Source: a virus (Duplodnaviria > Caudoviricetes). From it: 64,000 nucleotides of DNA. Shown here piece by piece: positions 17,675 through 26,770 of this stretch. The stretch's first letter is position 1. Each line of letters begins with the position of its first letter. The notes beneath the pieces are model-generated. The model was not told the DNA's origin, did no database searches, and worked only from the letters and a program-made list of their open reading frames with translations. Position numbers and translations under genes: made by a program. Location of the stretch: the IMG/VR virus record IMGVR_UViG_638276483_000001, positions 1 to 64,000 of that record, one strand, 5' to 3'.

Positions 17675-18243
17675 TGGCTGAGGAGCTAACCCCCGAAGAT
17701 GTAGACACCTACACCCAGGGTCGGATCGACAAAGATGACCCTGAGACCGCACGCGCCCTCGCCGCCGCACTGTCTCGCGCTCGTAGAGCTTGCGGCTGGC
17801 ACGTCACCCCCGTCGTGGAGAGCACGGTTCGACTGCACGGCAGCGGCCACGACTTCATCGTCCTGCCGACGCTGAAACCTGTTGAGCTGCTCTCCATCAC
17901 GGAAGACGGCGAAGAGGTGGACCTTGATGAGGTCTACTTCGTCTCCCGGGAGCCCGGCGTGCTCTATAAGAAGTGCGGCTGGTGGTGCCGCGGGCCCATT
18001 GAGGTCACGCTCACCCACGGCTTCACCGCCGAGGAGGCTGGGGACTTCCGCGAGGTTGTTTTGCAGGCCGTGGATGTCGCCAACCTGATGGTCGGCACCG
18101 GCGCCACGGGCCCCATCACCGGCCTGGAAGTTGACGATGTCAACATGCGCTGGTCGGGCCTCGTGGACCGCAGCTGGGGCATCGCCAAGAACCCCATGCT
18201 GGAGTCGGTCCTCTACCAGTACCGGCTGGTGGCGATCGCGTGA
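17671..18243 (+). CDS. head-to-tail adaptor
   Basis: ARRACGWHVTP, VTLTHGF motifs; position. Confidence 0.85.
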   Translation: MMAEELTPEDVDTYTQGRIDKDDPETARALAAALSRARRACGWHVTPVVESTVRLHGSGHDFIVLPTLKPVELLSITEDGEEVDLDEVYFVSREPGVLYKKCGWWCRGPIEVTLTHGFTAEEAGDFREVVLQAVDVANLMVGTGATGPITGLEVDDVNMRWSGLVDRSWGIAKNPMLESVLYQYRLVAIA

Positions 18244-18584
18244 AGTTCGGCGGCCAGACGGTCACTTTCGTGACAATCACCGAAGACCTCGACGACCGCG
18301 ACGACTACGGCAACCCCAGGGAAATCCGCACCGAGGTGCCGGTTCCCGGTTGCCGCTTCCGCCCACTGACCGCCAAGGAAAAGGTGGAGTTCGGTTACAA
18401 CACCGTCGCCGACCCATGGAGGTGCACTGCACCCCCGGTTCCGGCGGTGATGGCGGCCGGGGCCACTGGCGAATTGATATACGACGGCGTCACCTACGAG
18501 ATCACTGGCGGGGCGCGGACGTTCCCGAACTTCGCCGGCAAGCCTTTCAAGGTGACGATCATCTGCGAGAGACGCGAGGTGTAA
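18240..18584 (+). CDS. head-to-tail stopper
   Basis: DDYGNP, VPGCRFRP, GVTYEITG. Confidence 0.8.
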   Translation: MKFGGQTVTFVTITEDLDDRDDYGNPREIRTEVPVPGCRFRPLTAKEKVEFGYNTVADPWRCTAPPVPAVMAAGATGELIYDGVTYEITGGARTFPNFAGKPFKVTIICERREV

Positions 18585-19034
18585 ATGCCCAGGGATGTGG
18601 TCGTCAAGCTCCGCGATGTCCGTGGCGCCCTCCTGGATGGCGTCAGCAGTAGTCGGGATCTGCGTCGCATCGTGCAGCGTTTCATCAACGACGTCGAACA
18701 AACCTGGCACGACGTCTGGGATGTTTCAATGCTGGGCGTCTTGGCGCAACAGACGGGCGTGCCACACCCGTACCAGACCGGCGATTACAAGGCGCACATC
18801 AAAAAGAAGAAACTCACCGCGATGCAGAAGATCCGCATCAAGAAGTTTCTCAAGGGCGGAATGCCCATCGGCCTGGTCTACAACAACGACGAGAAGGCCC
18901 ATTGGATCGAGTATGGCACCAAAAGGGACAGGCCCGGCAGCCGATCGCCATGGGGCCCGAACACGCCCACGCCGGCCTTCGAAATCATGCAGCGCGTGGC
19001 CCGGATCATGAATGAGGATGTGCGCTACAGGTGA
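18585..19034 (+). CDS. HK97 gp10-like neck protein
   Basis: TGDY, AHWIEYGT. Confidence 0.7.
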   Translation: MPRDVVVKLRDVRGALLDGVSSSRDLRRIVQRFINDVEQTWHDVWDVSMLGVLAQQTGVPHPYQTGDYKAHIKKKKLTAMQKIRIKKFLKGGMPIGLVYNNDEKAHWIEYGTKRDRPGSRSPWGPNTPTPAFEIMQRVARIMNEDVRYR

Positions 19035-19453
19035 CCGAATACGAATACCCGCCCGGCGTGAAAGTCCTCATCAAATGGCTGTCCGGGATCGAGGGCGTGG
19101 ACGTTCGACACGAACGGCCGCCGAACTCGCCGCTGCCGTTCATCTCCGTCCACCGCATCGGCGGGGGAGAGGACGAGAACTGCATTACCGACCAGGGGCG
19201 CTACGCCTTCATGGTTTTCGGGTCGAGCCAGGAAATGGTGGATGACACCGTCCGACTGGTCACTCGCCGGATGAAAAAGCTGGTCGGCTACGGGTCCCAG
19301 GAAAAGGTGACCGTCGGCGACAAGTCCTACTACGCCGACGAGGCCCACAAGCGTGAAGAGCGCCCGATCGACAACCTCGACGACGCCATCCCCAGGAAGT
19401 TCTTTGGAACGTCCCTGATGTACGACGTCCACATGAGGATCGTCGCCGCTTAA
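19031..19453 (+). CDS. tail terminator
   Basis: LPFISVHRIGG; position before major tail. Confidence 0.8.
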   Translation: MTEYEYPPGVKVLIKWLSGIEGVDVRHERPPNSPLPFISVHRIGGGEDENCITDQGRYAFMVFGSSQEMVDDTVRLVTRRMKKLVGYGSQEKVTVGDKSYYADEAHKREERPIDNLDDAIPRKFFGTSLMYDVHMRIVAA

Positions 19454-19701
19454 ACGTTGAGCGGCCTTCTCCGTTTGCAGGTTCTGCAGACCTTGTCCGC
19501 GTATTCGCCCCGGCATCCATCGTACTTCTCAATGTACCAGTCGTGCCGCCATCTGCGGCACCGGGGCCCGGGGGTCTGAATCTTTCCGCCCAATGGGCGA
19601 TTCCCCCACCAGATACGCGCACTGCCGTCTTCGAACTTAACGACCGAATCGTTAAGCACGCTCTCAGCAAAGAGATCGAACGGCTTCTTCATATCCACCA
19701 C
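19450..19701 (-). CDS. hypothetical protein (reverse-oriented insertion)
   Basis: 83-aa ORF filling a gap in the structural operon. Confidence 0.5.
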   Translation of the reverse strand: MVDMKKPFDLFAESVLNDSVVKFEDGSARIWWGNRPLGGKIQTPGPRCRRWRHDWYIEKYDGCRGEYADKVCRTCKRRRPLNV

Positions 19702-19743
19702 CCTATCACATCTCTTAGCTACTGAGAGGAATCAGGAATACAC

Positions 19744-20019
19744 ATGGCTAAGTACCGCACCCTGACGGCGGGCGCCTACGTGAACGGCGGAAAGGTCGTT
19801 TCTTTCGAGGCTAACCGCATCATCGAGCTGACCGACGCCCAGGCCGCAAAGCTTGGCGACAAGGTTGAGCGGTCGCAGGTGAACGATTCGATGTTCCCCG
19901 ACGGCGCCCCCATCATCCCCGCCGGCTTCGTTCCGGAAGCTGCCGCCCCAGTGGTCGAGGAAAAGGCCGAGGAGAAAGCTCCCGCGGCCCCGAAATTCAA
20001 GTTCGCCAAGACCAAGTAA
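19744..20019 (+). CDS. hypothetical virion-region protein
   Basis: AGGA RBS, strong codon bias. Confidence 0.75.
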   Translation: MAKYRTLTAGAYVNGGKVVSFEANRIIELTDAQAAKLGDKVERSQVNDSMFPDGAPIIPAGFVPEAAAPVVEEKAEEKAPAAPKFKFAKTK

Positions 20020-20058
20020 CCCCCTCCGCCCGTTCTTGGGCATCGAAAGGAATAGCTA

Positions 20059-21063
20059 ATGGCTCTGCCCGCTAACGGCGGTACCTACGCGAACCTGCTG
20101 CAGCCGGGAATCAACCCCCTGACTGTCCGCAAGGCAATCATCACCGACATCCTGATCCGCGACTACCGCAACCTAGATGGCACGGTGCACAACCTGGCCG
20201 ACCCCGCGGTCGGCCTCGGCAACGACGGCTTCTTCTCGCCGTTCGCCGAAGACGGCAAGCTGCGCTCCGACCTGCTTGGCGATAACGGCCTCGGCTTCTA
20301 CCACCTCGGCGCCCTGCACGAGGACGGCACGGAGATGACGTACGACACCGACGTCGCCGACACCATGATCGCCCAGAGCAAGCGCGCCGTGCGCTTCGAC
20401 GTCACCCAGGACAACGATGGCATCACCATCAAGGCCCTGGAGGGCACGCCGCTGGTCGACGCCCTGCGCTACGACAAGCCGCTGCACAGCCTCGCTGACG
20501 TCGGCCAGGCGCACTACACGATCGCCAAGGACGCCGAGACCAAACTGGTTGAGCGTCAGGTCATCGCGATCGGCTTCGACGGCGACAACTACTTCGCGCA
20601 GACGTTCCCGCGCATGTCGCTGCGTAACCGCGGCAACTCCAGCTGGAACAAGGCCGACGCGGACGTCATGGAGATCGAGCTCGGCGCCCTGCTGTGCCCG
20701 TTCGTCGGCAAGCCCGCTCTGTGGCACCGCGAGGGTGCGGACTGGCGCGGCCTGCAGGGTTACCCGCTGTTCGCCACGGCGCCCACGGCCGTTGCGGTCG
20801 CCGGCGAGATGGCCGACGTTACCTTCGACAAGCCCACGTCGAAGTCCACCTCGTACGAATACGAGGTGGAGAAGTCCAACGATGACGGCGCGACCTGGAC
20901 TGACGCCGTCATCGAGGATGTGTCGGGCACTGCCACGGTCACGATCCGCGTTTCGGGCGTCACCTCTTCGGCGAGCTGGAAGTTCCGCGTCAAGGCCACT
21001 GGCACGAACGCGCTGACCACCACCTCGGCCCCGACTGCCTCCGCGGTTATCGGCCTCTCCTAA
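20059..21063 (+). CDS. major tail protein with C-terminal Ig/FN3-like domain
   Basis: Position before chaperones; LGALHEDG; beta-rich C-terminus. Confidence 0.9.
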   Translation: MALPANGGTYANLLQPGINPLTVRKAIITDILIRDYRNLDGTVHNLADPAVGLGNDGFFSPFAEDGKLRSDLLGDNGLGFYHLGALHEDGTEMTYDTDVADTMIAQSKRAVRFDVTQDNDGITIKALEGTPLVDALRYDKPLHSLADVGQAHYTIAKDAETKLVERQVIAIGFDGDNYFAQTFPRMSLRNRGNSSWNKADADVMEIELGALLCPFVGKPALWHREGADWRGLQGYPLFATAPTAVAVAGEMADVTFDKPTSKSTSYEYEVEKSNDDGATWTDAVIEDVSGTATVTIRVSGVTSSASWKFRVKATGTNALTTTSAPTASAVIGLS

Positions 21064-21071
21064 TTGATCTA

Positions 21072-21112
21072 CCCATAAGCGGCGGGCTCGGGCTGTGTCC
21101 GCCGCTTATGGG
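21072..21112 (+). terminator. terminator after major tail gene
   Basis: cccataagcggcgg...ccgccgcttatggg then cttt. Confidence 0.7.
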
Positions 21113-21156
21113 CTTTAACAGCCCAACAGCCTCTTTTCTTTTTAGGAGTCATTCAA

Positions 21157-21663
21157 ATGACCTACACCCCTCGTAAGCCGGTTTCGGTTCGGGAAGCCAA
21201 GGAGCAGGCGGCCGAATACTTCGGTTTCACCGCCAGCGTCGAGATCGAGATCAACGGCGAGATCTTCGAAATCCCCAACCCCGGCCTTTTGGACGACGAC
21301 CAGCAGGAACGCTGGGAGGAGCTCCAGTTCCGCATCGACAAGTGCGATCGCGAAGAAGATGTCGTTGTCCCGCCGATGACGCTGGAAGACGGCACCGAAC
21401 TCCCGGGCCGCACCATCAAGGGCGAACTCAAGACGCCGTACCAGATCAACGGTGAACTGATGAAGCCCCCGTACAACGTTCAGCTTGCTCAGGCCATTTT
21501 CGGCGAAGAGAAGTACGAGCGGTTCAAGGCCGGCGGCGGGCGCTCCAACCAGATCCCCCTGGAATGGGCTCGCATGAACCGCGAATTCCAGGAGCGCGTT
21601 GAGAACGATCCCAAAAGTGGCGGACGCGGTTCCGAGGTGGATGGTATTTCCGAGGGAGATTGA
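21157..21663 (+). CDS. tail assembly chaperone (G)
   Basis: Between major tail and tape measure genes. Confidence 0.85.
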   Translation: MTYTPRKPVSVREAKEQAAEYFGFTASVEIEINGEIFEIPNPGLLDDDQQERWEELQFRIDKCDREEDVVVPPMTLEDGTELPGRTIKGELKTPYQINGELMKPPYNVQLAQAIFGEEKYERFKAGGGRSNQIPLEWARMNREFQERVENDPKSGGRGSEVDGISEGD

Positions 21664-21889
21664 GTGCGATCTCTCCCTTTATCACCACCGTGACATAGGG
21701 GAGTGGTTTCGAGGGGAGTTGAGCAGCCGAAAGCTGCTCACTCTTCTCGACGGTTTACCTGAAGATTCCTGGTACAAACTCAGCGTTCAATCTTACTTGA
21801 AAGAAGTCCAGGAAACGCACGAACAAGAAGTTGTGAGCGACATTCGTAGATCGATATTCGCTCAGCTCACTGGGCAGGAGATGGGTTAA
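21610..21889 (+). CDS. tail assembly chaperone frameshift extension (T)
   Basis: Overlapping +1-frame ORF entered at CCCAAAA 21610-21616. Confidence 0.75.
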
Positions 21890-24800
21890 TGGCAAGAGTT
21901 GATCTATGGGCGTTTCTCCATCTCAACCAGAAGTCGATGCGAAATGCGGAGAAAGAGGCGGTAGGCCGATTCCAGAAGATTGGCAGGGAATCGGCCGATG
22001 CCATGTCGAAGGAGATCGAGAACGCCGCTCCTCGCGTCCGCAGGGCGATGAACAGGGTTGCCGACGCGACCCTCAGCAGTTCTCGTGCAGCCCGCGAGGC
22101 CAAGAAGAGTCAGGATGCGCTGGCCAAGTCTAGCCAGAAGGTCCTGGAGCTCGAAGGGCAAATTGGGGAGCAGAGGAAGGCGTCCCAGCGACTCCGCAAG
22201 TCTGAAATCGCCAACCAGCGGTTGGAGACCAAGGCCCAGAAGGCTCGCAACGAGGCCCTTGAGGAGTACAACCGGCTTGTTGATCGTCGCAACAAGAAGA
22301 GCGACGCCCATAAGCAGACCAGGGAGGAAATCCGCCTCGCCGACCATCGAATCAAGCAGCTCAGGCTAGAGGGAAAATACAAAGAGGCCAAGGCCCTCGA
22401 TAAAGAGATCCACCCGACACGCAAGAAAAGCATCCTGGAGGAGCGGGATGTCCGCGCCCTGGATAAGCAGGTTGCCGCCGGCAAGGCCGACCTCGACAAG
22501 AAGACCAGAATCCTCAAGGACGCCGAGGAGAACCTCAAAAGGGTTCAAAAAGACCGCGACGATATAGTCAAGAGCCTCACAAAGTCCGAAGAAGAGCATC
22601 GCAAGGCCAACGACGCCGCTACGAAATCCCTCGAAGACCTCCGGAAAGCCAACGAGGACGTCGAGAAGGCCATCCGCAGTCGCGAGGAGGCTGTCAGATC
22701 CCTCCATGAGGTTGAAGAGGCCGAGAATGAGAAGCGGCGCAAGCGCGAAGACCGTAATCGCCGCGGCGGTAGGGGTAGGCGCCGCGGCGGCGACCTGGGC
22801 GTCATCGGCAACATGCTCACCGATCTGCCGTTCGTCCCCTCGGGGCGCGCTGGTGCGGCCATCGGTGGCGTCATGCTCATCACGATGGCATCGGCGATGG
22901 AAGCCGTTGTCACGGCCTCTCAGAGCCTTGCCCTCACCCCGGCCATCCTTATGGCTGCTGGCGCAGGGTTTGGCACGCTGGCGCTCGGCGTCTCGGGTTT
23001 CTCGGACGCCATCAAGGAGATGGACGACCCGGAGAAGTTCGCCGAGGCCCTCCAATCCCTCTCTCCGGCCGCCCAGCAGGCGGCGCTGGAGATCCAGTAC
23101 CTTGTCAACGGCCCCCTCGGGGACCTCAAGAAGGCTACTCAAGAGACTTTGTTCGAGGGTGTGGCGCAACGCTTCCGCAGCCTGACGAACACTTTCCAGC
23201 CGGAAATCATGCGGCTGACCACGGGCATCGCCGGCGCGATGAACGGAATGTTCGATGAGTTCACAAACCAGCTGATGACCCCAGGGTCGCAGAAGGCCAT
23301 TTCGAGCATCATCGACGACATTGTCAAGGCGTTCCAGAATCTTCAGCCCGCTATCGCACCGTTCACCAATGCGCTGCTGAAGATCTCGGAAACCGGCGCA
23401 TCCTTCCTCCCCGATCTCGCCACCGGGCTCGCGAACGCTGCTACGAGCTTCTCGCGCTTCATCACCGAGGCGCAACGCTCCGGCAAGCTGGAGGAGTTCA
23501 TCCAGAAGGGCATTGACGCGGCGAAGTCGCTTGGCGATGCCATCTGGACCATCGGCGGGCGGATCTACGAGGTCTTCGGCAACAAGAGCCCCGAGGATTT
23601 CGAGAAGACGCTTCAGGACGTCATCGATGCGGCGTTCGGCCTGGCCAATGGTCTGGTCTCGGCATCGAAGGCCGTCAACGCGGTGCTCAAGGAAATTGAG
23701 CCGCTCACCAACCTCATGAAGGATCACCCCGGACTGGTCTGGGCAATGATCGGCGCGTGGGTTGGCTTCAAGGGCCTCGGCCTCGTTGCGATGATCGCCG
23801 GCCTCGCCGGCGGACTCGGCAACGTTGCCAGCGCCCTAGGGAAGATCCCGAGCCTGGCGCAGAAGGCCGGGGCGGGCATCTCCGGGGCGCTGGCGGCCGT
23901 CAGTATCCCGGCCTGGCTGAAGTTCCTCATGAAGTGGGGCGGAGCCATCGGATTCGGTGGCCAATCCGACGTCAAGATGCCCGGGGACGAGGGCTACCCG
24001 TTCGACCCGAACGATCCGAAGTACGGGGAGGACGCTCTTCGGAGGAAGGCCCGGGAAAAGCTTGGGCTTCCTCCCGAGATCCCCACGGGCGGGGCCCCGG
24101 GCACCGGCAACGGTCCCCACGGGCGCGACGGACGCCGTCGCTGGAACCCGAACGCGGGCCGCAGCGCTACCACGGGCATCGGCCCGGCACCTGCTGACGC
24201 GGGCCTTCCTCCGTGGGCTCCGCATGACGTTCCGTTGCCGCCTGCTGCCGACGGGGGCGGAAAGCTCAGTGACAGCGAACGTCGTGACCAAATCTGGTCG
24301 ACGCTCAACCCGAACGACTTCATGCCGAAGATCGATGTCCCCATGGGGCCGATCACGCCGGGAACCCCCCAGCTGGAGTACGGCACGGACGGGAAACCGT
24401 TCTCGAAGCCGGGCTATGGCTACACCGATGTCGATCAGCGTGCTGTCGCGGATGCGCAGGAGAAGGTTCGGCGCGCCGCGCTCGACCTTCGCGACGCCCG
24501 CATGGAAGTCGCCATCCTCGAGCAGGATTCTCTCGCCACCGAGCGCGAAATCTTCGAGGCGAAAGAGAAGCTGCGCGAAGAAGAGTGGGAATTCAACCAA
24601 TCCCAGCTTGACCTTGTCGACGAGCTGAACGGCAAGTGGAAAAAGGTCAAGGGCGGCATGTCCGACGCCAACAAGCTTGGCGCCGGACTCGATGACGACC
24701 TCGGCATCTCGCGCGGCCTAGCCGGCTTGGCGGACAACCTGGTTCGACTCGTCGGCAACCTCGCCACGGCTCCGCTGCAGGCGATGCTAGGCAAGATCGC

Positions 24801-26688
24801 AGCCCAGGGCGATGGCTCCAGCGGCATCATCGGCATGCTCTTCGGCAAGTCCAAGGACGGACTCGAAGACTACGACAGTAGTGGAAACTACGTCGGCAGT
24901 TCGGGTGGTGGGCAGGTGTCCTATGCCCCTGGTGGAGGCCTTCCCCAGTCGCCGATGGCGGCTCCAGGGCAGTCCCCGGCGGATTTCGCCCGCAACACCA
25001 TGCTTCCGTTCTGGCAAAGTCAGGGCCTCACCGTGGGCGACCACGCGCCCGACCAGTACGGCGAGCACGGAAACGGCGCGCTGGACATCATGGTGCCCGA
25101 CAAGGCTACGGGGCAGAAGGTCCTTCAGCAGGTCCTTAGCGATCCAAACGTCTATGGCGCGATCTTCGACCGCACCTCTTACGGTTATGGACGTGGCCCG
25201 GAGGGTCGCCCGATGGAGGACCGCGGCAGCCCAACGCAGAACCACGAGGATCACGTCCACGCGTGGTACAAGCCGGGTAACCCGAACAACATCAACCCCA
25301 CCGGCACGCCCGTAGCTGGATTCAGCGGCCCCGGCGCGTTCGGCGGATCGTCGGGGGCAACCCCGGTGTTCGTCACCAACTGGCCTTTCGGCGGAGGAAT
25401 CCCCGGAATGGGTGGCGGTGGGTCACCCGGCGGTCCTGGGCAGATCGGCAAGATGAACGCCCCCATCGCGAATGCGGCGGCCTTCAGCGGATTCGGCAAC
25501 CCCGGATCTCCGCAGGCCATCGCCAACATGATCTATCAGCAGGCGGTTTCTCGCGGGTATAGCCCGCAGGAAGCGCAGGCGATCGTGGCGTACGCCATCG
25601 GCGAATCGGGACTCGACCCCACTCGCTCCGGCGGCCCCCAAGGCGGCCCCGGCGGGGCGAACGAGGTCGTCGGCTTGTTCCAGCAGAAGCCCGACTTCGC
25701 CCGGGGTGGCGGCATCGACCCGTCGCTGCGCACCAACGCCGCAGCCAACACCTACGCCTACCTCAACCAGCTGGACAGAAACCGGAACCTCCCGATTGAA
25801 CAGGCCTTGCCTAAGACGTCGGTGGGTGGCCCGCTCGCGACCGGCCAGGATTGGGGCAGCCTGATGCGTCAGGCCGGTCAGCTCCTCGGCATGCCCGGGG
25901 GTATGGCAGGCGGACCGCTCAGCACCGGTATGCCCACGGGCCTCCCCGGAGGCCGTGCCCCCGGTGCTGCGGGCGGTGCGGCTGGCGGTGGTCTACCCGG
26001 CCTGTTCGGCGGGTTGGGCGCCGCGGGCGGTGGAGCGGCAGGTGGCGCACTCGGCCAGCTTGCCCCACAAAGGCAGCAGCCCGGCACCGGCATGCCCGGT
26101 GCGGCAGGTGCTGCGGCAGGCGCTGTTGGCGGCCTCGAGGCGGGTCAAACCGCCGCGGGTCAAGGCAACAACGACTACAAGCCTGGCGAGGAAGGCTGGC
26201 AGCCCCAGGGCGGCGGCCTCGGCGTCGGTGGCCTTGCGGGCGCTGCCATCCAGGGCGCCATGGGCGCGGGCTCGGCGATGGCCGGTCCGGCAGCTCCGGC
26301 GGCCTCGGCGGCGGCACAAATGGCCATGCAGCTCATCCAGCGAACCATCAAGTACGGCGGTGAGGTTGCGGCCATCGGCGTCGAGGGTTTGATGGAAACC
26401 TTCAGCTTGGGCGATTCAGCCCTCGGCGATATGTCGAAGAGCTGGTTCGGTCGCCTTCTCGGCGGCCTTTCTCAGGCCAAGCCCGCCCTTGGCGGAACGG
26501 CCGGAAAGCAAGACGAGAAGTCGGCAGAAAAGAAGGGCGAGCAGGACCCGAATGCTGACAAGCAACAGCAGCAGGGCGGCCTCGGCGGGGTGAATATCGG
26601 AACATTTGTCCAAAGCCCCGACAAAAACAACCAGCAGGTCATGAATCAGCTCAACTTTATGAGCTACGCCGCGGGCCAGCCCCGCTAA
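21889..26688 (+). CDS. tape measure protein
   Basis: 1599 aa, Ala/Gly-rich helical; embedded HEDHVH and AIGESGL hydrolase-like motifs. Confidence 0.95.
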   Translation: MARVDLWAFLHLNQKSMRNAEKEAVGRFQKIGRESADAMSKEIENAAPRVRRAMNRVADATLSSSRAAREAKKSQDALAKSSQKVLELEGQIGEQRKASQRLRKSEIANQRLETKAQKARNEALEEYNRLVDRRNKKSDAHKQTREEIRLADHRIKQLRLEGKYKEAKALDKEIHPTRKKSILEERDVRALDKQVAAGKADLDKKTRILKDAEENLKRVQKDRDDIVKSLTKSEEEHRKANDAATKSLEDLRKANEDVEKAIRSREEAVRSLHEVEEAENEKRRKREDRNRRGGRGRRRGGDLGVIGNMLTDLPFVPSGRAGAAIGGVMLITMASAMEAVVTASQSLALTPAILMAAGAGFGTLALGVSGFSDAIKEMDDPEKFAEALQSLSPAAQQAALEIQYLVNGPLGDLKKATQETLFEGVAQRFRSLTNTFQPEIMRLTTGIAGAMNGMFDEFTNQLMTPGSQKAISSIIDDIVKAFQNLQPAIAPFTNALLKISETGASFLPDLATGLANAATSFSRFITEAQRSGKLEEFIQKGIDAAKSLGDAIWTIGGRIYEVFGNKSPEDFEKTLQDVIDAAFGLANGLVSASKAVNAVLKEIEPLTNLMKDHPGLVWAMIGAWVGFKGLGLVAMIAGLAGGLGNVASALGKIPSLAQKAGAGISGALAAVSIPAWLKFLMKWGGAIGFGGQSDVKMPGDEGYPFDPNDPKYGEDALRRKAREKLGLPPEIPTGGAPGTGNGPHGRDGRRRWNPNAGRSATTGIGPAPADAGLPPWAPHDVPLPPAADGGGKLSDSERRDQIWSTLNPNDFMPKIDVPMGPITPGTPQLEYGTDGKPFSKPGYGYTDVDQRAVADAQEKVRRAALDLRDARMEVAILEQDSLATEREIFEAKEKLREEEWEFNQSQLDLVDELNGKWKKVKGGMSDANKLGAGLDDDLGISRGLAGLADNLVRLVGNLATAPLQAMLGKIAAQGDGSSGIIGMLFGKSKDGLEDYDSSGNYVGSSGGGQVSYAPGGGLPQSPMAAPGQSPADFARNTMLPFWQSQGLTVGDHAPDQYGEHGNGALDIMVPDKATGQKVLQQVLSDPNVYGAIFDRTSYGYGRGPEGRPMEDRGSPTQNHEDHVHAWYKPGNPNNINPTGTPVAGFSGPGAFGGSSGATPVFVTNWPFGGGIPGMGGGGSPGGPGQIGKMNAPIANAAAFSGFGNPGSPQAIANMIYQQAVSRGYSPQEAQAIVAYAIGESGLDPTRSGGPQGGPGGANEVVGLFQQKPDFARGGGIDPSLRTNAAANTYAYLNQLDRNRNLPIEQALPKTSVGGPLATGQDWGSLMRQAGQLLGMPGGMAGGPLSTGMPTGLPGGRAPGAAGGAAGGGLPGLFGGLGAAGGGAAGGALGQLAPQRQQPGTGMPGAAGAAAGAVGGLEAGQTAAGQGNNDYKPGEEGWQPQGGGLGVGGLAGAAIQGAMGAGSAMAGPAAPAASAAAQMAMQLIQRTIKYGGEVAAIGVEGLMETFSLGDSALGDMSKSWFGRLLGGLSQAKPALGGTAGKQDEKSAEKKGEQDPNADKQQQQGGLGGVNIGTFVQSPDKNNQQVMNQLNFMSYAAGQPR

Positions 26689-26697
26689 CCGAAACTT

Positions 26698-26741
26698 CGC
26701 ATCAACCCCCGCTCACGTTCCCCTGGGCGGGGGTTGATGCG
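26698..26741 (+). terminator. hairpin after tape measure gene
   Basis: cgcatcaacccccgc...gcgggggttgatgcg. Confidence 0.55.
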
Positions 26742-26770
26742 TCTTCGGACCTCACTCGAAAGGGGACCCC

